A DNA stretch of 56,193 nt from the IMG/VR virus record IMGVR_UViG_3300020198_001070, positions 1 to 56,193 of that record. One strand, given 5' to 3'. The notes under the pieces are model-generated. The model saw nothing but the letters and a program-made list of their open reading frames with translations. It did not search any database and was not told the origin of the DNA. A program made the translations under genes and the position numbers. The DNA is from a virus. Taxonomy: Duplodnaviria > Caudoviricetes. How positions within the stretch are numbered: position 1 is the stretch's first letter; each line of letters opens with the position of its first letter. This document shows positions 9,835 through 20,973 of the stretch, piece by piece.

Positions 9835-9868
9835 CATTAAATAATTAATTACACATTTAAGGAAAATT

Positions 9869-10681
9869 ATGAAATATATTTTATTATTTTTAACTCTATG
9901 CTTTTCTCAAATTTCAATAGCATGGGATCAATGGCCACCATACCCACTTGAAAAGTGTAAAGCACACGTGCCATACGGGTTTCCACGAACTACTAAACAA
10001 GGAACTGCAATATGCAGAGCCGGGTATGTTACTTTAAATGACACTGTTGCAAAATTACCAGTATGGGTTTCTTATAAATTATATCCAGAATATGCATTAG
10101 GGTGTGTACCACGCTCAAATGGATTTATGGCGGACCAAAGTTTACCAAAGGGAAAAAGGGCAGAACTATCGGATTATGCTAAATCAGGATTTGATATTGG
10201 GCATGTTGCGCCAAGTGCGGATATGAGTAGTTTTGACCAATTTGAAAAAGAAAGTTTTTTGTTAACTAATATGGTCCCACAATTAGCCGGGCTTAATAGA
10301 TCAACGTGGAAAACACTCGAAACTAGTATCAGAGGATGGGCAGTACACCGTGGTCATCCCCTTGTAATATATGCAGGACCTATATATGGGCCAAAAGATA
10401 CAACAATAGGTTCAAATAACGTAGTTGTTCCGCATGCATTTTATAAAATAGTAATCGATGCAACTACCAATGAAGTGGCTGGGTTCTTGTTCCCACATCA
10501 ACTTGGGTTGGGTACTGATTTAACAAAGGTTCGTGCTCCGATTACCAAAATAAAGAAATTAGCTAACATCACATTTACTTACCCAGCAACTGCTACTGAG
10601 TTGCCACTTAATCAACTGTGGCCGGTTGATTTTGGTGCTTTAACAAAGGCGAAACAAATCAAATGTGGAAAAGCAGAATAA
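9869..10681 (+). CDS. Secreted DNA/RNA non-specific endonuclease (NucA/EndoG family)
   Basis: Signal peptide; GFDIGHVAPSAD, FLLTNMVPQ...LNR..W..LE, VVVPHAFYK. Confidence 0.9.
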   Translation: MKYILLFLTLCFSQISIAWDQWPPYPLEKCKAHVPYGFPRTTKQGTAICRAGYVTLNDTVAKLPVWVSYKLYPEYALGCVPRSNGFMADQSLPKGKRAELSDYAKSGFDIGHVAPSADMSSFDQFEKESFLLTNMVPQLAGLNRSTWKTLETSIRGWAVHRGHPLVIYAGPIYGPKDTTIGSNNVVVPHAFYKIVIDATTNEVAGFLFPHQLGLGTDLTKVRAPITKIKKLANITFTYPATATELPLNQLWPVDFGALTKAKQIKCGKAE

Positions 10682-10747
10682 ATATTATATTAATAGCCTA
10701 TGTAGATGTATTATGTCGCATGGGTTGTTCACTTGAAGGAATTATTT

Positions 10748-10975
10748 ATGAAAATGAAAGATATTGCCACATATTCACCCGATTTGGCATACGCAATCGA
10801 GAAAGGTCATAGTCATTATAGTATAGAAGATGACCAAGCAGCGTTATTTCAACTATTAGTTCGAAGTGCCAAACATTCAGAAGAATCAGATCATAGACAA
10901 GATGTGGAAATTGATAACATCAAACAACGCATTACTGATTTAGAAAACCTTATTAAAAAACAATTTACAAAATAA
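10748..10975 (+). CDS. Hypothetical coiled-coil protein
   Basis: AAGGA RBS before MKMKDI. Confidence 0.55.
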   Translation: MKMKDIATYSPDLAYAIEKGHSHYSIEDDQAALFQLLVRSAKHSEESDHRQDVEIDNIKQRITDLENLIKKQFTK

Positions 10976-12152
10976 TAGATAGGGCATTTACTAAATGTTC
11001 AATCATCCCATCATCATGCAGTGGGGTTGGCGCGAACCGTAATCGTTCAGTCCCCGCGGGAACTGTTGGTGAATTTATGGATTGCGCGTAAATATTATAA
11101 TCATTCAATAGTATATCACTTATAGTCTTAGCACGAACTGCATCCCCAATAATAATCGGCACGATATGTGTATCGTTTTCCATCACTGATATATTTGCTT
11201 TATTCAGTTTATCTTTTAATGCTGTTACCCGTTCTTGATGCTTTTCTCTAAGTTCATTATGATCTTTAAGATACTTGACAGCAGCCAATGCTCCTGCACA
11301 AGTCACTGGACTTAAACTAGTAGTAAAAATCATACCATCTGCTAAACTTCGTATAGCATCAATGACTTCGTTCGCTGCTGTTATGTACCCACCTTGAACA
11401 CCAAATGCTTTACCAAGTGTGCCATTTATAATATCCACCCGGTCTTGTAAATCCAATTCCTCTAATATACCTGCACCGGTATATCCCATAAGTCCAACTG
11501 CGTGAACTTCATCCAAATAAGTAATTGCCCCATATTTGTCTGCTAAATCACAAATTTCTTTAATATTACTTTTATTACCATCCATAGAGTAAATACTTTC
11601 AAACACCACACATGGAACATTTTCATGTGCACTTGCACGTTTTAAACAATCTGCTAAATCTTGCAAATCATTATGTTTAAAAATTTGTTTTGGTGCCCTA
11701 CTATGTTTAATACCCATTATAAGACTATTATGATTTTTACTGTCACTAATAAATTCAATGTTCGGTATTATTTTACTTAATGCTATTAAACTCCATTCAT
11801 TTGCAACATATGCAGAACTGAATAACAATGCGTTTTCTTTTTTATGTAATGTTGCCAATTCATGTTCAAGTGCAACGTGGTAATGCGTAGTCCCAGATAT
11901 ATTTCTAGTTCCACCAGACCCAGCACCAGTCATATCCAAGGCAGTATGCATAGCATCTAATACTACTTTATGTTGTCCCATACCAAGGTAATCATTACTA
12001 CACCAATTCACAATATTTTTTATGGCATATGGACCATACCATATAGCATTTGGAAATTTACCATTTTCACGTAAAATATCGTTAAAAATTCTATATTTAC
12101 CAGTTAGTTTTAATTCTCTTAGTATTTTGTCAAATGGGCGTTTAGATATCAT
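10965..12152 (-). CDS. hemA: 5-aminolevulinate synthase (PLP, Shemin pathway)
   Basis: [41 protein letters not shown] (PLP Lys), ERLRFAPTP. Confidence 0.93.
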   Translation of the reverse strand: MISKRPFDKILRELKLTGKYRIFNDILRENGKFPNAIWYGPYAIKNIVNWCSNDYLGMGQHKVVLDAMHTALDMTGAGSGGTRNISGTTHYHVALEHELATLHKKENALLFSSAYVANEWSLIALSKIIPNIEFISDSKNHNSLIMGIKHSRAPKQIFKHNDLQDLADCLKRASAHENVPCVVFESIYSMDGNKSNIKEICDLADKYGAITYLDEVHAVGLMGYTGAGILEELDLQDRVDIINGTLGKAFGVQGGYITAANEVIDAIRSLADGMIFTTSLSPVTCAGALAAVKYLKDHNELREKHQERVTALKDKLNKANISVMENDTHIVPIIIGDAVRAKTISDILLNDYNIYAQSINSPTVPAGTERLRFAPTPLHDDGMIEHLVNALSIIL

Positions 12153-12191
12153 ACCGATATTTAAATATAAATATAAAATCAAGGAAGAAAA

Positions 12192-12569
12192 ATGAAAATT
12201 CAAGATATTATTAGAGGAATGATAGATTTAGTAGATAACGTAGAGCAAGGCAAGCCACAAGTTATGCCAAAAGCCACTAATACGATTCTAAGTCCATTAT
12301 CATGTAGTGGTTCTGCTGGTGATGATATTAATAGATTTAAACAGATTGTCGATCTGGTGGATAATCCAGAACGTGACAAGTATTGCAATGAACCAAAACC
12401 AGTATATAGTGGGTTAGATGCCGTTACTATTCATGCAGGAGGCGGATTAAATGGCCCTAAACAGCTATCTGACATTAGGGTTAAAGACCAAATTGCAACA
12501 CCCCATTTAATTTACCAACAGGATCCAATAGCTAATAATACATTTATTAATTTTTTAAGGGGATTATAA
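12192..12569 (+). CDS. Hypothetical phage protein
   Basis: MKIQDII start; AGGGLNGPK motif. Confidence 0.65.
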   Translation: MKIQDIIRGMIDLVDNVEQGKPQVMPKATNTILSPLSCSGSAGDDINRFKQIVDLVDNPERDKYCNEPKPVYSGLDAVTIHAGGGLNGPKQLSDIRVKDQIATPHLIYQQDPIANNTFINFLRGL

Positions 12570-12829
12570 TGTCAGCAAATGGAATTGCATGGTTATCAAC
12601 CAAAGAAGCTAAACAAAAAGCAAAGTTAGATATTGCACAAGCAAAACGACAAGGTAAAATCGTTGCAACAGACGGCACTATCAGTGGGAATATTGATTCA
12701 AGTAAAAATTACTTCCGGACAAATAATACTTACGACATTGAATTATTACCAACCAAATATAATGGAAATGCATCAGTTAATAATATCAATGATGGTGGGT
12801 TAGCACCTTCTAGACCGTGGAAACCATAA
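12569..12829 (+). CDS. Hypothetical phage protein
   Basis: Coupled to the previous ORF. Confidence 0.65.
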   Translation: MSANGIAWLSTKEAKQKAKLDIAQAKRQGKIVATDGTISGNIDSSKNYFRTNNTYDIELLPTKYNGNASVNNINDGGLAPSRPWKP

Positions 12830-12874
12830 AATATGCAATTGTATATTGATAAATATTGTTAAGATGGATGTTAC

Positions 12875-13282
12875 ATGAAAATACGAGAAATAATAACCGA
12901 AAGTCTATCGCATAATGATGCAGAAAAAATAATTAGTGAATTTTTAATATTTGTAAAAAAATTCTTGGAGCTTGATGAGCTTCCTGCAATTAATTTAATA
13001 AAAGATAGTGATTATAGTATAAAATATAGTTCATTTGGCGGGTATAGTCCAACTGACAAAAGTATTAATGTTATGATATCCAATAGACATATTCAAGATA
13101 CTCTTCGAAGTACAGCACATGAACTTGTACATTATAAACAAGATATCAATAATGAACTAACTGACGATAGTGGGAATGATGGGAGTCAACAAGAAAACGA
13201 AGCAAACGCAACTGCAGCCGTTATCATGCGTAAATGGGGTAAATTACACCCCGAGTATTTTGCACTAGAACCTATTATATAA
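12875..13282 (+). CDS. Putative zinc metallopeptidase (HExxH)
   Basis: LRSTAHELVHYKQ...ENEANA. Confidence 0.7.
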   Translation: MKIREIITESLSHNDAEKIISEFLIFVKKFLELDELPAINLIKDSDYSIKYSSFGGYSPTDKSINVMISNRHIQDTLRSTAHELVHYKQDINNELTDDSGNDGSQQENEANATAAVIMRKWGKLHPEYFALEPII

Positions 13283-13333
13283 AATATATTATATTTTTAA
13301 TAATGCTATAAATACGATATACGGAATAATACT

Positions 13334-13585
13334 ATGCGAAAGAGTACTAGAAGCATTTTACAAGAATTAAGCAATATAGGATTAAGTAAAGACACCGATT
13401 TAATTATTGAAAGTCGTGGGTCTAATATAATCCAAAGTGCTATTAATTTAATAGAATCAATAAGAGAAAACTATGATGCAGAAACAGCGGGCGAATTAGA
13501 ACGTCGCTTTATCAATAGCATCAAAGCAGGTGATAGTACTAAATTCAAGCGTGGTATTAAAAAAATACAAGAAAATAAGCTTTAA
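13334..13585 (+). CDS. Hypothetical phage protein
   Basis: TATAAATA upstream. Confidence 0.65.
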   Translation: MRKSTRSILQELSNIGLSKDTDLIIESRGSNIIQSAINLIESIRENYDAETAGELERRFINSIKAGDSTKFKRGIKKIQENKL

Positions 13586-13667
13586 TAAGCCATTTTTTAA
13601 GAAAAGACTAAATATTATTGCAAGCTCACAGAGTGGTGAGTTAAAAAGCATATAGGAGATTAAAATT

Positions 13668-14027
13668 ATGCCATCAGTAAATTCAACAGTTTCAGCTAAC
13701 TATTTAAAAGCTGCATCAAATTTTTCAAACTTCGGCACACGTCAATTAGTTTTTGTTAACGTTGACATCGCAGAAATCGAAGCAAATGCTAATGATTCAA
13801 ATTCAGTATTTTCACAAGCAGTTCGTGCAATGCAACAAGTTGGCGAAATTTATTATGTTGGTATCCCATCATCCGCTGGCGTTACTTTCATTTTATCAGC
13901 TGACACATTAGTAAACAGTGTTAATGCGAATAGCCAAACTATTGCAGAAGCATTTGCCGCAGCTGGGTTAACCACAACAGCAGTCAATGTTTATACAAAC
14001 ATCACTGGTGTTACCTTAACAGATTAA
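13668..14027 (+). CDS. Putative small virion structural protein
   Basis: Strong AGGAG RBS, A/T/S/V-rich, followed by a terminator. Confidence 0.6.
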   Translation: MPSVNSTVSANYLKAASNFSNFGTRQLVFVNVDIAEIEANANDSNSVFSQAVRAMQQVGEIYYVGIPSSAGVTFILSADTLVNSVNANSQTIAEAFAAAGLTTTAVNVYTNITGVTLTD

Positions 14028-14053
14028 TTAATACTATCTGTATAGTAGTAAGA

Positions 14054-14086
14054 AGAAGGGTTCATTTTTTATGAACCCTTTTTTTA
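14054..14086 (+). terminator. Intrinsic terminator
   Basis: AAGGGTTCAT-loop-ATGAACCCTT plus T run. Confidence 0.7.
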
Positions 14087-14103
14087 TGGTTGTTAAATAC
14101 AAT

Positions 14104-14508
14104 ATGGACTACAAACTTTATACACTCGTTGATATTACACATACTGGGCAATATAGATCTGACCCAGGAAAAGAATCCGCTAGATGGAAGGAACAAAATT
14201 TTAATACAATTTTACAAACATTGGGAATTAGATCTAACCTTGCCGAGTTTCAACCACCACTAATAACAGAAATTAAAGGGCGGTTAATTGGATTTGATAC
14301 TGATGATATTATCAGGGTATGGAGATTTGATTTTAGTACAGAACGGGATGATATGTATGAAGAGAATGGTGACCCAGTTGGATTCTTAAAAAAAGATTTT
14401 GAACTAGTACCGTATATAGAAGGGTTAGATGAATTATTAGAACAAAATTTCGCAGTGTTTGTCACCGAAGGCAAAACCAAGAATATCGTTTTCTTTAAAA
14501 AACCATAA
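14104..14508 (+). CDS. Hypothetical phage protein
   Basis: Start MDYKLYTLVDIT after TAAATA. Confidence 0.65.
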   Translation: MDYKLYTLVDITHTGQYRSDPGKESARWKEQNFNTILQTLGIRSNLAEFQPPLITEIKGRLIGFDTDDIIRVWRFDFSTERDDMYEENGDPVGFLKKDFELVPYIEGLDELLEQNFAVFVTEGKTKNIVFFKKP

Positions 14509-14539
14509 ATATATAAAACTATACTGAAAGGATACCCGC

Positions 14540-14776
14540 ATGTCATTAAAACCAACCGATATTGAAAAAGAAAATCTCGAAAGTCATGTAGAATTATGTG
14601 CATTACGTTATCAAAATTTAGAAGACCGGTTAAAAGCAATTGAAAACAAAGTAATATTATTAACTGCCCAAATTGATGAAAGCAAAGCTAGTATGAGTAA
14701 AGTAATTATTGGTTCTACTGCTACCATAATAGCAGGTATGCTATCTACAATAGCAACAATATTAGTAAAATTCTAA
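14540..14776 (+). CDS. Coiled-coil protein with C-terminal TM helix
   Basis: HVELCALRY coiled coil plus hydrophobic tail. Confidence 0.65.
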   Translation: MSLKPTDIEKENLESHVELCALRYQNLEDRLKAIENKVILLTAQIDESKASMSKVIIGSTATIIAGMLSTIATILVKF

Positions 14777-14777
14777 T

Positions 14778-15470
14778 ATGCGGTTTACTGAACTATCCAT
14801 TCAAGCAATACCATATCATGATACCCTTAACCCAGTACTATGGGATGATACTAATTTAAAGACAGATGTTAGATATAAACTAATGTTAATAGCGAACCAT
14901 TTCGCAAAGTTTTTAAACATACCAAACCTTGAATTAAAAGATATCACAATTAGTGGTTCAAATGTAAGTTATGGATATTCAGAATACTCAGATATTGATT
15001 TACATTTAGTAGTTAATATCGACCCATCCCTGACCGAGTTATACACATCTAAAAAAAATGAATATAATTCAAAATATAATATTAAAATAAAAGATATCGA
15101 TGTTGAACTATATGTTCAAGATGATAAACAAAATCATGTTTCTGCAGGAATTTATAGCATTTTATTAGACAAATGGCTTTCTGTACCAAAACACCAAGCA
15201 CCACTAGTGACTGAACAAGAAGTTAAAAGCAAAGCACGTAATTATGCTGGCAAAATTAATTCAGCAATACGGGCAAATGATTTAAAAGTAGCAATCGCTA
15301 CCATGGAAGATATCTATAAGTTAAGACAAGCTGGATTAGAGATGGGCGGTGAGCAAAGTGTTGAAAATTTAGCATTTAAATTATTGCGGACACGTGGACA
15401 AATAAATAAATTAAGAAAGTTTATCGATAAATTAGAAAGTGATGAACTCAGCATCAAGGAACACCAATGA
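14778..15470 (+). CDS. Pol-beta-superfamily nucleotidyltransferase-like protein
   Basis: ISGS...SDIDLHL and third acid in VELYVQD. Confidence 0.7.
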   Translation: MRFTELSIQAIPYHDTLNPVLWDDTNLKTDVRYKLMLIANHFAKFLNIPNLELKDITISGSNVSYGYSEYSDIDLHLVVNIDPSLTELYTSKKNEYNSKYNIKIKDIDVELYVQDDKQNHVSAGIYSILLDKWLSVPKHQAPLVTEQEVKSKARNYAGKINSAIRANDLKVAIATMEDIYKLRQAGLEMGGEQSVENLAFKLLRTRGQINKLRKFIDKLESDELSIKEHQ

Positions 15471-15949
15471 AAATTAGAGATATTTTACAAGAAACTGATA
15501 ATAAAGCAGTAATAACAAATTATCAACCAGGAAAAAGTGTAGAAGTAAAAATGGCAGATGGAACCATAGTTAAAAAAGATTTAGCATCAAATCCAACTGC
15601 ATTAAGCAACGACCCACAAGGAAATCCAATTTTCAATCTTAATTCTACTGCCCCACAAGGGGCAACCCCTACCAAATCAATTACCCCTGGTACTCAAATT
15701 GATGTTAATACTGATTCATTAGGACAAACCTCTATGGGCGAAACCCAAGAGGAAGAAGAAAATGATGATTTAATTGGTTCTGGTAAAGATGGTATTATAG
15801 GTGGCCCAAGTGGTGGTGATAAAACTGACGATTTAATTCACGACGTAACTGATAAAGAGTTTGAACAGCACGCTAGGGGTGACCGCACCACAAGTAATTC
15901 AGAAAATGACGAACTTAATAGATGGCTAACCATAGCTAGGTTAAAATGA
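15467..15949 (+). CDS. Hypothetical phage protein
   Basis: MKIRDILQE start. Confidence 0.65.
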   Translation: MKIRDILQETDNKAVITNYQPGKSVEVKMADGTIVKKDLASNPTALSNDPQGNPIFNLNSTAPQGATPTKSITPGTQIDVNTDSLGQTSMGETQEEEENDDLIGSGKDGIIGGPSGGDKTDDLIHDVTDKEFEQHARGDRTTSNSENDELNRWLTIARLK

Positions 15950-16380
15950 ATAAATCTAACACAGTCAAAGAACTGGCAACGTATTTTGACCAAGAACTAC
16001 ACGCACTGTTACCAATAACCATTTTACCAGGCGGGGCGTTGGGATATAAAGACTTTCTAGTTAAACAATTACCGAATGGTAATTGGGGGGTTTTTAACGT
16101 TAAAAACAAAGATTTAATAAATCAATATTACTTGAAAAGTTGTGCATTAATCGCCGCCAAACATTATAATAACAAACAACATGCAAAATGCTATGAAATA
16201 AAAGATTTAGATAACAGCTATTGGTCAAATTATAGTGATTCTATTATATTCAAACATAACAGCAGCAAAGTATCTGCAGATAAACGGGCGGTGTTATTAA
16301 TAAGATTTGATGAAAGTACACACAAGATACAATACTATAAGAAAAAAATTTCTTTATTGTTTAAACAAGCTTTCGTATAA
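15946..16380 (+). CDS. Hypothetical phage protein
   Basis: Coupled overlap. Confidence 0.65.
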   Translation: MNKSNTVKELATYFDQELHALLPITILPGGALGYKDFLVKQLPNGNWGVFNVKNKDLINQYYLKSCALIAAKHYNNKQHAKCYEIKDLDNSYWSNYSDSIIFKHNSSKVSADKRAVLLIRFDESTHKIQYYKKKISLLFKQAFV

Positions 16381-16414
16381 ATACACAGTAAAAGAAATGT
16401 TATAAGGAACTAAC

Positions 16415-17359
16415 ATGCAAATTAAAGATTTATCACAGAAAGTAACCAGCACACTTCTAAACGAAAGTTTAGCAAAGACATTTGGTTATAAATTAAATTT
16501 AGAACAGTTTTCAGATGTACAATTAACAGATGTTCGTAATAAATTACGTACCGAAATAAGTCAAATGGAAGTCAATGAAAGTTACGATAGTATTTTAGAT
16601 AATTCAAAATATCAAAAAACTCGTGCTTTATTAGATGTTGTTAATCAAGCAATCTTTGAAAGAGAAGAAATGCCCGATGCAGCAGAACACCCATCGACTG
16701 TGGCAAGACAGGTTAGTAATGAAGCATTGGCCTCTGCCATTAGTCAACGTGCTAAACAAATGTCAGTGCCGGAAAGTTGGATCAAAAATGCAATTAAACG
16801 TATTCAATTAGGCGAATCTGATAGACAAGAATTAGCAGCAGAATTAACCTTACGTTATGATTTGTCAGAATCACAGGCAAGTTGGATGCTGTTAGAAGGC
16901 GAAGAACAAAAGGCAGAAAACATTTTAGCCACTAAGGATATGGTTAGTAAAATAACCAATTGGATTGAAGACACCGCCGCGTTAAAAGCAGACCAATTAT
17001 TAGAATTGTTAGACTCTATAAGAGCAGAACAAGGTAGCGATATTGCAGGTAAATTTAACCAAATTACATCACAGGCATTAGAAAGATTATATACTTCACT
17101 GGTTTCAACCCGTGAAAGTTTAACACAATCATTGGCATTAGTGTCTGGTGAACAAATAGAAACAATGGGTGTTGATTTACCAGGGAATGAGATGGGTGTT
17201 ATGCCACCTGGAGCATCAGCTGACCTTTCTGCTAGTCAACCATCAGAAGTACCACCAGCATCAGAAGTACCACCAGCAGCAGAAGCCGGACGCATGAAGC
17301 GTGAAAGTATCGATTATAGCCGTAAATTAGGCATGCTGTTAAGCTCAAAAAAAAAGTAA
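16415..17359 (+). CDS. Acidic helical protein (possible head core/scaffold-like)
   Basis: TATAAATA upstream, AAGGA RBS, SEVPPA x2; ends in an A9G run. Confidence 0.65.
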   Translation: MQIKDLSQKVTSTLLNESLAKTFGYKLNLEQFSDVQLTDVRNKLRTEISQMEVNESYDSILDNSKYQKTRALLDVVNQAIFEREEMPDAAEHPSTVARQVSNEALASAISQRAKQMSVPESWIKNAIKRIQLGESDRQELAAELTLRYDLSESQASWMLLEGEEQKAENILATKDMVSKITNWIEDTAALKADQLLELLDSIRAEQGSDIAGKFNQITSQALERLYTSLVSTRESLTQSLALVSGEQIETMGVDLPGNEMGVMPPGASADLSASQPSEVPPASEVPPAAEAGRMKRESIDYSRKLGMLLSSKKK

Positions 17360-17403
17360 ATGAAAATTCAGACCTGGATGACCCATTAGTAAAAATTTTA
17401 TTA

Positions 17404-17703
17404 ATGTTTCAATCACAGGCAAATGAATATGGAAAGACCGTAAAAATACCTTGGCGGGCTATTAATCAAGCATTGTCAACTGCAGGTGCACCTGCAGTTG
17501 ACATCAATAGTTTTGCCAAACGGTATGATGGTGAATCCCCTGCTGGCGCATTACACAACATCATAAATGGTAACCGTGATAGTTTTAATAATGATGGCAT
17601 TCGCATTGTTCCCGATACCCAACAGCTGGATGTAGTAGATAATCAAGAAGATGACCATTCAGAAGTTGCGAAAATGGCATCACATGCATTAAAATCAAAA
17701 TAA
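17404..17703 (+). CDS. Hypothetical protein; true N-terminus probably upstream (see findings)
   Basis: Frame is open from 17326 with no earlier ATG. Confidence 0.55.
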   Translation: MFQSQANEYGKTVKIPWRAINQALSTAGAPAVDINSFAKRYDGESPAGALHNIINGNRDSFNNDGIRIVPDTQQLDVVDNQEDDHSEVAKMASHALKSK

Positions 17704-17774
17704 CATTTTACAGAATCCTGACTACATGATATCATACGTGTATTCAGGATTTTTATAGAAAAATAATTAGGCAA

Positions 17775-18491
17775 ATGTCATTACTAACAGAAAAATATAA
17801 CTATCAACCAATCAATAGACATGAATCATCTGGGCAAAGATTATACCTTTGTCCAGATGGTTCAAAAGTCCCATCAGTAACTACAATATTATCAGCAACT
17901 CAATCAAAAGAAAAAAAAGAATCATTGATGCGATGGAAGAATTCAGTCGGGCATCAAAAAGCACAACAAATCACAACCGAAGCAGCAGGACGTGGAACTA
18001 GAATGCATACGTATCTAGAAGACTTTATACTTAATGGAACCCTTAGTCAACCTGGAACAAATCCATATAGTAAACAAAGTAATCTAATGGCAGAAACCAT
18101 TATTAATAATGGGTTAACGCATGTTAATGAAATTTGGGGGTCCGAAGTTGGATTATACTACCCAGAACTGTATGCTGGGACCACTGATGCCGTAGGTGTT
18201 CATAAAAATGAAGATGCCATCTTAGATTATAAACAATCAAACAAACCAAAAAAAGTAGAACAGATTGATGATTATTTTTTACAATTGACATTATATATGA
18301 TGGCACATAATAAGGTGTATGGAACAGATATCCGAAAAGGCGTTATCTTAATGTGCGTAGCCCCACCAGAAATATCCCCGGGGGTATGGGGTACACCACA
18401 ATATCAAGAGTTTATATTACACCCAACCGATTTCAATTATTGGTGCGATAAAGCGTGGACCAGAGTAGAACAGTTCTACAATCAAATCTGA
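17775..18491 (+). CDS. PD-(D/E)XK exonuclease
   Basis: VPSVTTIL, RGTRMH, YAGTTD, ILDYKQS, QLTLY. Confidence 0.85.
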   Translation: MSLLTEKYNYQPINRHESSGQRLYLCPDGSKVPSVTTILSATQSKEKKESLMRWKNSVGHQKAQQITTEAAGRGTRMHTYLEDFILNGTLSQPGTNPYSKQSNLMAETIINNGLTHVNEIWGSEVGLYYPELYAGTTDAVGVHKNEDAILDYKQSNKPKKVEQIDDYFLQLTLYMMAHNKVYGTDIRKGVILMCVAPPEISPGVWGTPQYQEFILHPTDFNYWCDKAWTRVEQFYNQI

Positions 18492-18516
18492 TAAATAAAT
18501 AAAATGGAGATTTATC

Positions 18517-18915
18517 ATGGCAACAGTTACACGAGTTAATGGTTCAGCTACAGAAGTTGGAACGTTATATAACCTTAATGCAAATTTATATTTGATCACA
18601 ATTAAAAATACAAGCTCATCTACAATTGATTTAACCCCTGAAGATTCGACCGGGGCTAATGCAGTAGTTGGTGGGGTCATCGAAGCAGTAGTCAATGAGA
18701 TTAGTCCATTAGCTTGGTTTGTTCCTGCTGATCAAATTACTTATAAAGGGCAAATTTATGTAGTTATGGATAAAGCAATTAATGATGCAGCTGAATTACG
18801 CACCCGTATTTGTAGAATTGGATTACAATCGAATGGAACAACTAGTATTGGACCCCACCTGGTGGATATAAGTGGCACAACGGTCACTGTCGCTACCTCA
18901 TTCACAGTAGCTTAA
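18517..18915 (+). CDS. Putative small virion structural protein
   Basis: ATAAATA, GGAG RBS, T/V/A-rich, terminator after. Confidence 0.6.
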   Translation: MATVTRVNGSATEVGTLYNLNANLYLITIKNTSSSTIDLTPEDSTGANAVVGGVIEAVVNEISPLAWFVPADQITYKGQIYVVMDKAINDAAELRTRICRIGLQSNGTTSIGPHLVDISGTTVTVATSFTVA

Positions 18916-18920
18916 ATCAC

Positions 18921-18946
18921 AAAAGCCCTAGAACTAGGGCTTTTTT
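18921..18946 (+). terminator. Intrinsic terminator
   Basis: AAAAGCCCTAG-AA-CTAGGGCTTTTTT. Confidence 0.8.
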
Positions 18947-19076
18947 CATGCATGTTGGAATTCTGCTCCATCACAATTATAGTTGATTTCTGGTAAATAC
19001 TACTATAAGTAATATATTAGTAGGTAACTCCTAATATCTTCCAGACAGTTTACAAATATAGTAAAGAGGATTTTTT

Positions 19077-20789
19077 ATGGCAGTTGTTCAAATATCGAGA
19101 ATACAACAAAGACGTGGTAAAAAGAATAGCAACACTGGGTTACCACAATTGGCAAGTGGTGAATTAGCTTGGTGTATTGATACACAAGAATTATATATAG
19201 GGAATGGCTCTGTTGCGGAAGGTGCGCCTACAGTTGGTAATACAAAAATTTTAACGGCTAAAGATTTAGCAGATAGTCCTAATATATTGTCTAACATGTA
19301 CGGTGAATACAAATATGATTCGTATATTAGAACAGGCACAAACGCAAATCACCCGGTCTTATCATCAATCCAAAATAAACTAGATGAAACCGTAACAGCA
19401 AAAGATTTTGGTATCAAAGCAAATGCAATTGATGATGACACTATGGCACTGCAGCGTGCGATAAATCAACTGTTCTTAAATGCAAATGGAAAAGCTTCCG
19501 ATTCATCATTGGACTATCCACTTGGTACAGTAGCTGCATCAAAGCAACGGGTATCATTAAAAATTCCAGAAGGGATATACAACATTTCTTCTACCATTTA
19601 TATTCCAAGTTACACATCGTTGTTCGGAGCTGGGATAGATAAGACTATAATACAATTTTCTGGAACAGGGCCTGTTTTTAAATTCATAAATGATTCAAGT
19701 TTTACTAGTATTGAGTCTGATATAGTGACACCAAGTACAATTGATAGCACTACTAGCAGTAATCAACCACGATTTATTGTTATCAAAGATTTATCGATCA
19801 TCACAACTACAGACCAAGATGGGTTTCAATTAGATGCAGTTAGAAATAGTGAATTTGAAAACATTCGACTACAAGGGGCTTGGAATGGTAATACTAACCT
19901 AAGTAAAGGGCTAAACCTTAGATCACTTAGTTCATTGATAACTTGTGAACAAAATATTTTTAAAAATATCCAACTAAGCAATTTTAGTTACGCAATTTAT
20001 TCAAAATATGACATATCAAAAAATATTTTTGATGTTGGATACGTGTCAAACACTAGACAAGGAATTGTGTTAGGATATGACTCTACACAAAGTTCTATTG
20101 GCCAACAAGTAGGGCCATCAAACACCAGTGTTAATAATTATAAATTCTACAATATTAAACAACATGCAATTTTTGTAGACTTCGGTAACCAAAATTCTTT
20201 TTCGAATATTGTATTATCAAATGTTGGCAATGATGGTGGGTCTGATGCGAAATGGCCGCAACTTTATTTCGCAACATATACTAATATCATTGATAACATC
20301 ATGTCGGATAGATTCGAAGAATTGTCTAACCCATCCAATTTAATCCCATTTATTCCAATTGTTGCTGGGCATGCCTCGTACACATCATCTAATACAACAC
20401 CATTGGCAATTGGTTACATAACCGGGTATAACCCATTGGTGAAACTACCAGTCTCGACCAATTCTGTCGGTACACCATCAGGGTCAATTACCTATAAAAT
20501 TGAATATTTTTATAAAAGCACCACTAATTTCTTTACCCGCAATGGAACATTAACCATTTCGGCCGATATCAGCAACGGAAAATTACAATTATCAGATGAT
20601 TATGATTATGCCGGGGCAGACCCATCTGGCGAAAATTCGTTAAAATTAGATTTTAGAGTAGTATTTTTGGATCAATCAGGTAATTCATATACCACCGGGG
20701 AAACCCCCTATACCATCGTATTATTATACACAAATACTTTATCGAATGATTCTGGTACATTTGTGTATACGTTTTCTGCTCTATCATAA
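19077..20789 (+). CDS. Tail-fibre/spike-like protein with pectate-lyase-type beta-helix
   Basis: RIQQRRG...LASGELAWCIDTQELYIGNG N-terminus; KDFG...DDTMALQRAI, IPEGIY. Confidence 0.75.
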   Translation: MAVVQISRIQQRRGKKNSNTGLPQLASGELAWCIDTQELYIGNGSVAEGAPTVGNTKILTAKDLADSPNILSNMYGEYKYDSYIRTGTNANHPVLSSIQNKLDETVTAKDFGIKANAIDDDTMALQRAINQLFLNANGKASDSSLDYPLGTVAASKQRVSLKIPEGIYNISSTIYIPSYTSLFGAGIDKTIIQFSGTGPVFKFINDSSFTSIESDIVTPSTIDSTTSSNQPRFIVIKDLSIITTTDQDGFQLDAVRNSEFENIRLQGAWNGNTNLSKGLNLRSLSSLITCEQNIFKNIQLSNFSYAIYSKYDISKNIFDVGYVSNTRQGIVLGYDSTQSSIGQQVGPSNTSVNNYKFYNIKQHAIFVDFGNQNSFSNIVLSNVGNDGGSDAKWPQLYFATYTNIIDNIMSDRFEELSNPSNLIPFIPIVAGHASYTSSNTTPLAIGYITGYNPLVKLPVSTNSVGTPSGSITYKIEYFYKSTTNFFTRNGTLTISADISNGKLQLSDDYDYAGADPSGENSLKLDFRVVFLDQSGNSYTTGETPYTIVLLYTNTLSNDSGTFVYTFSALS

Positions 20790-20800
20790 CACTCAAAAAA

Positions 20801-20820
20801 GACACCCCAGTTGGGGTGTC
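20801..20820 (+). terminator. Hairpin, probable terminator
   Basis: GACACCCCA-GT-TGGGGTGTC. Confidence 0.55.
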
Positions 20821-20973
20821 TACAATAATTTACTGGACATTACCATCAATCTAGTGTATACTAACACTGTTTTTGATGGTAATAGATTATCAAAAAACAT
20901 ATTACACTAAAAACCACTCGATAAATACTACCTAAACAGAAATTAGTGGTATTAAGTGAGAGTATAGACACAT

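Noticed and set aside
17775-18491. Cas4 as part of a CRISPR system
   Set aside because: No four-Cys cluster motif and no cas context; a stand-alone phage exonuclease fits better
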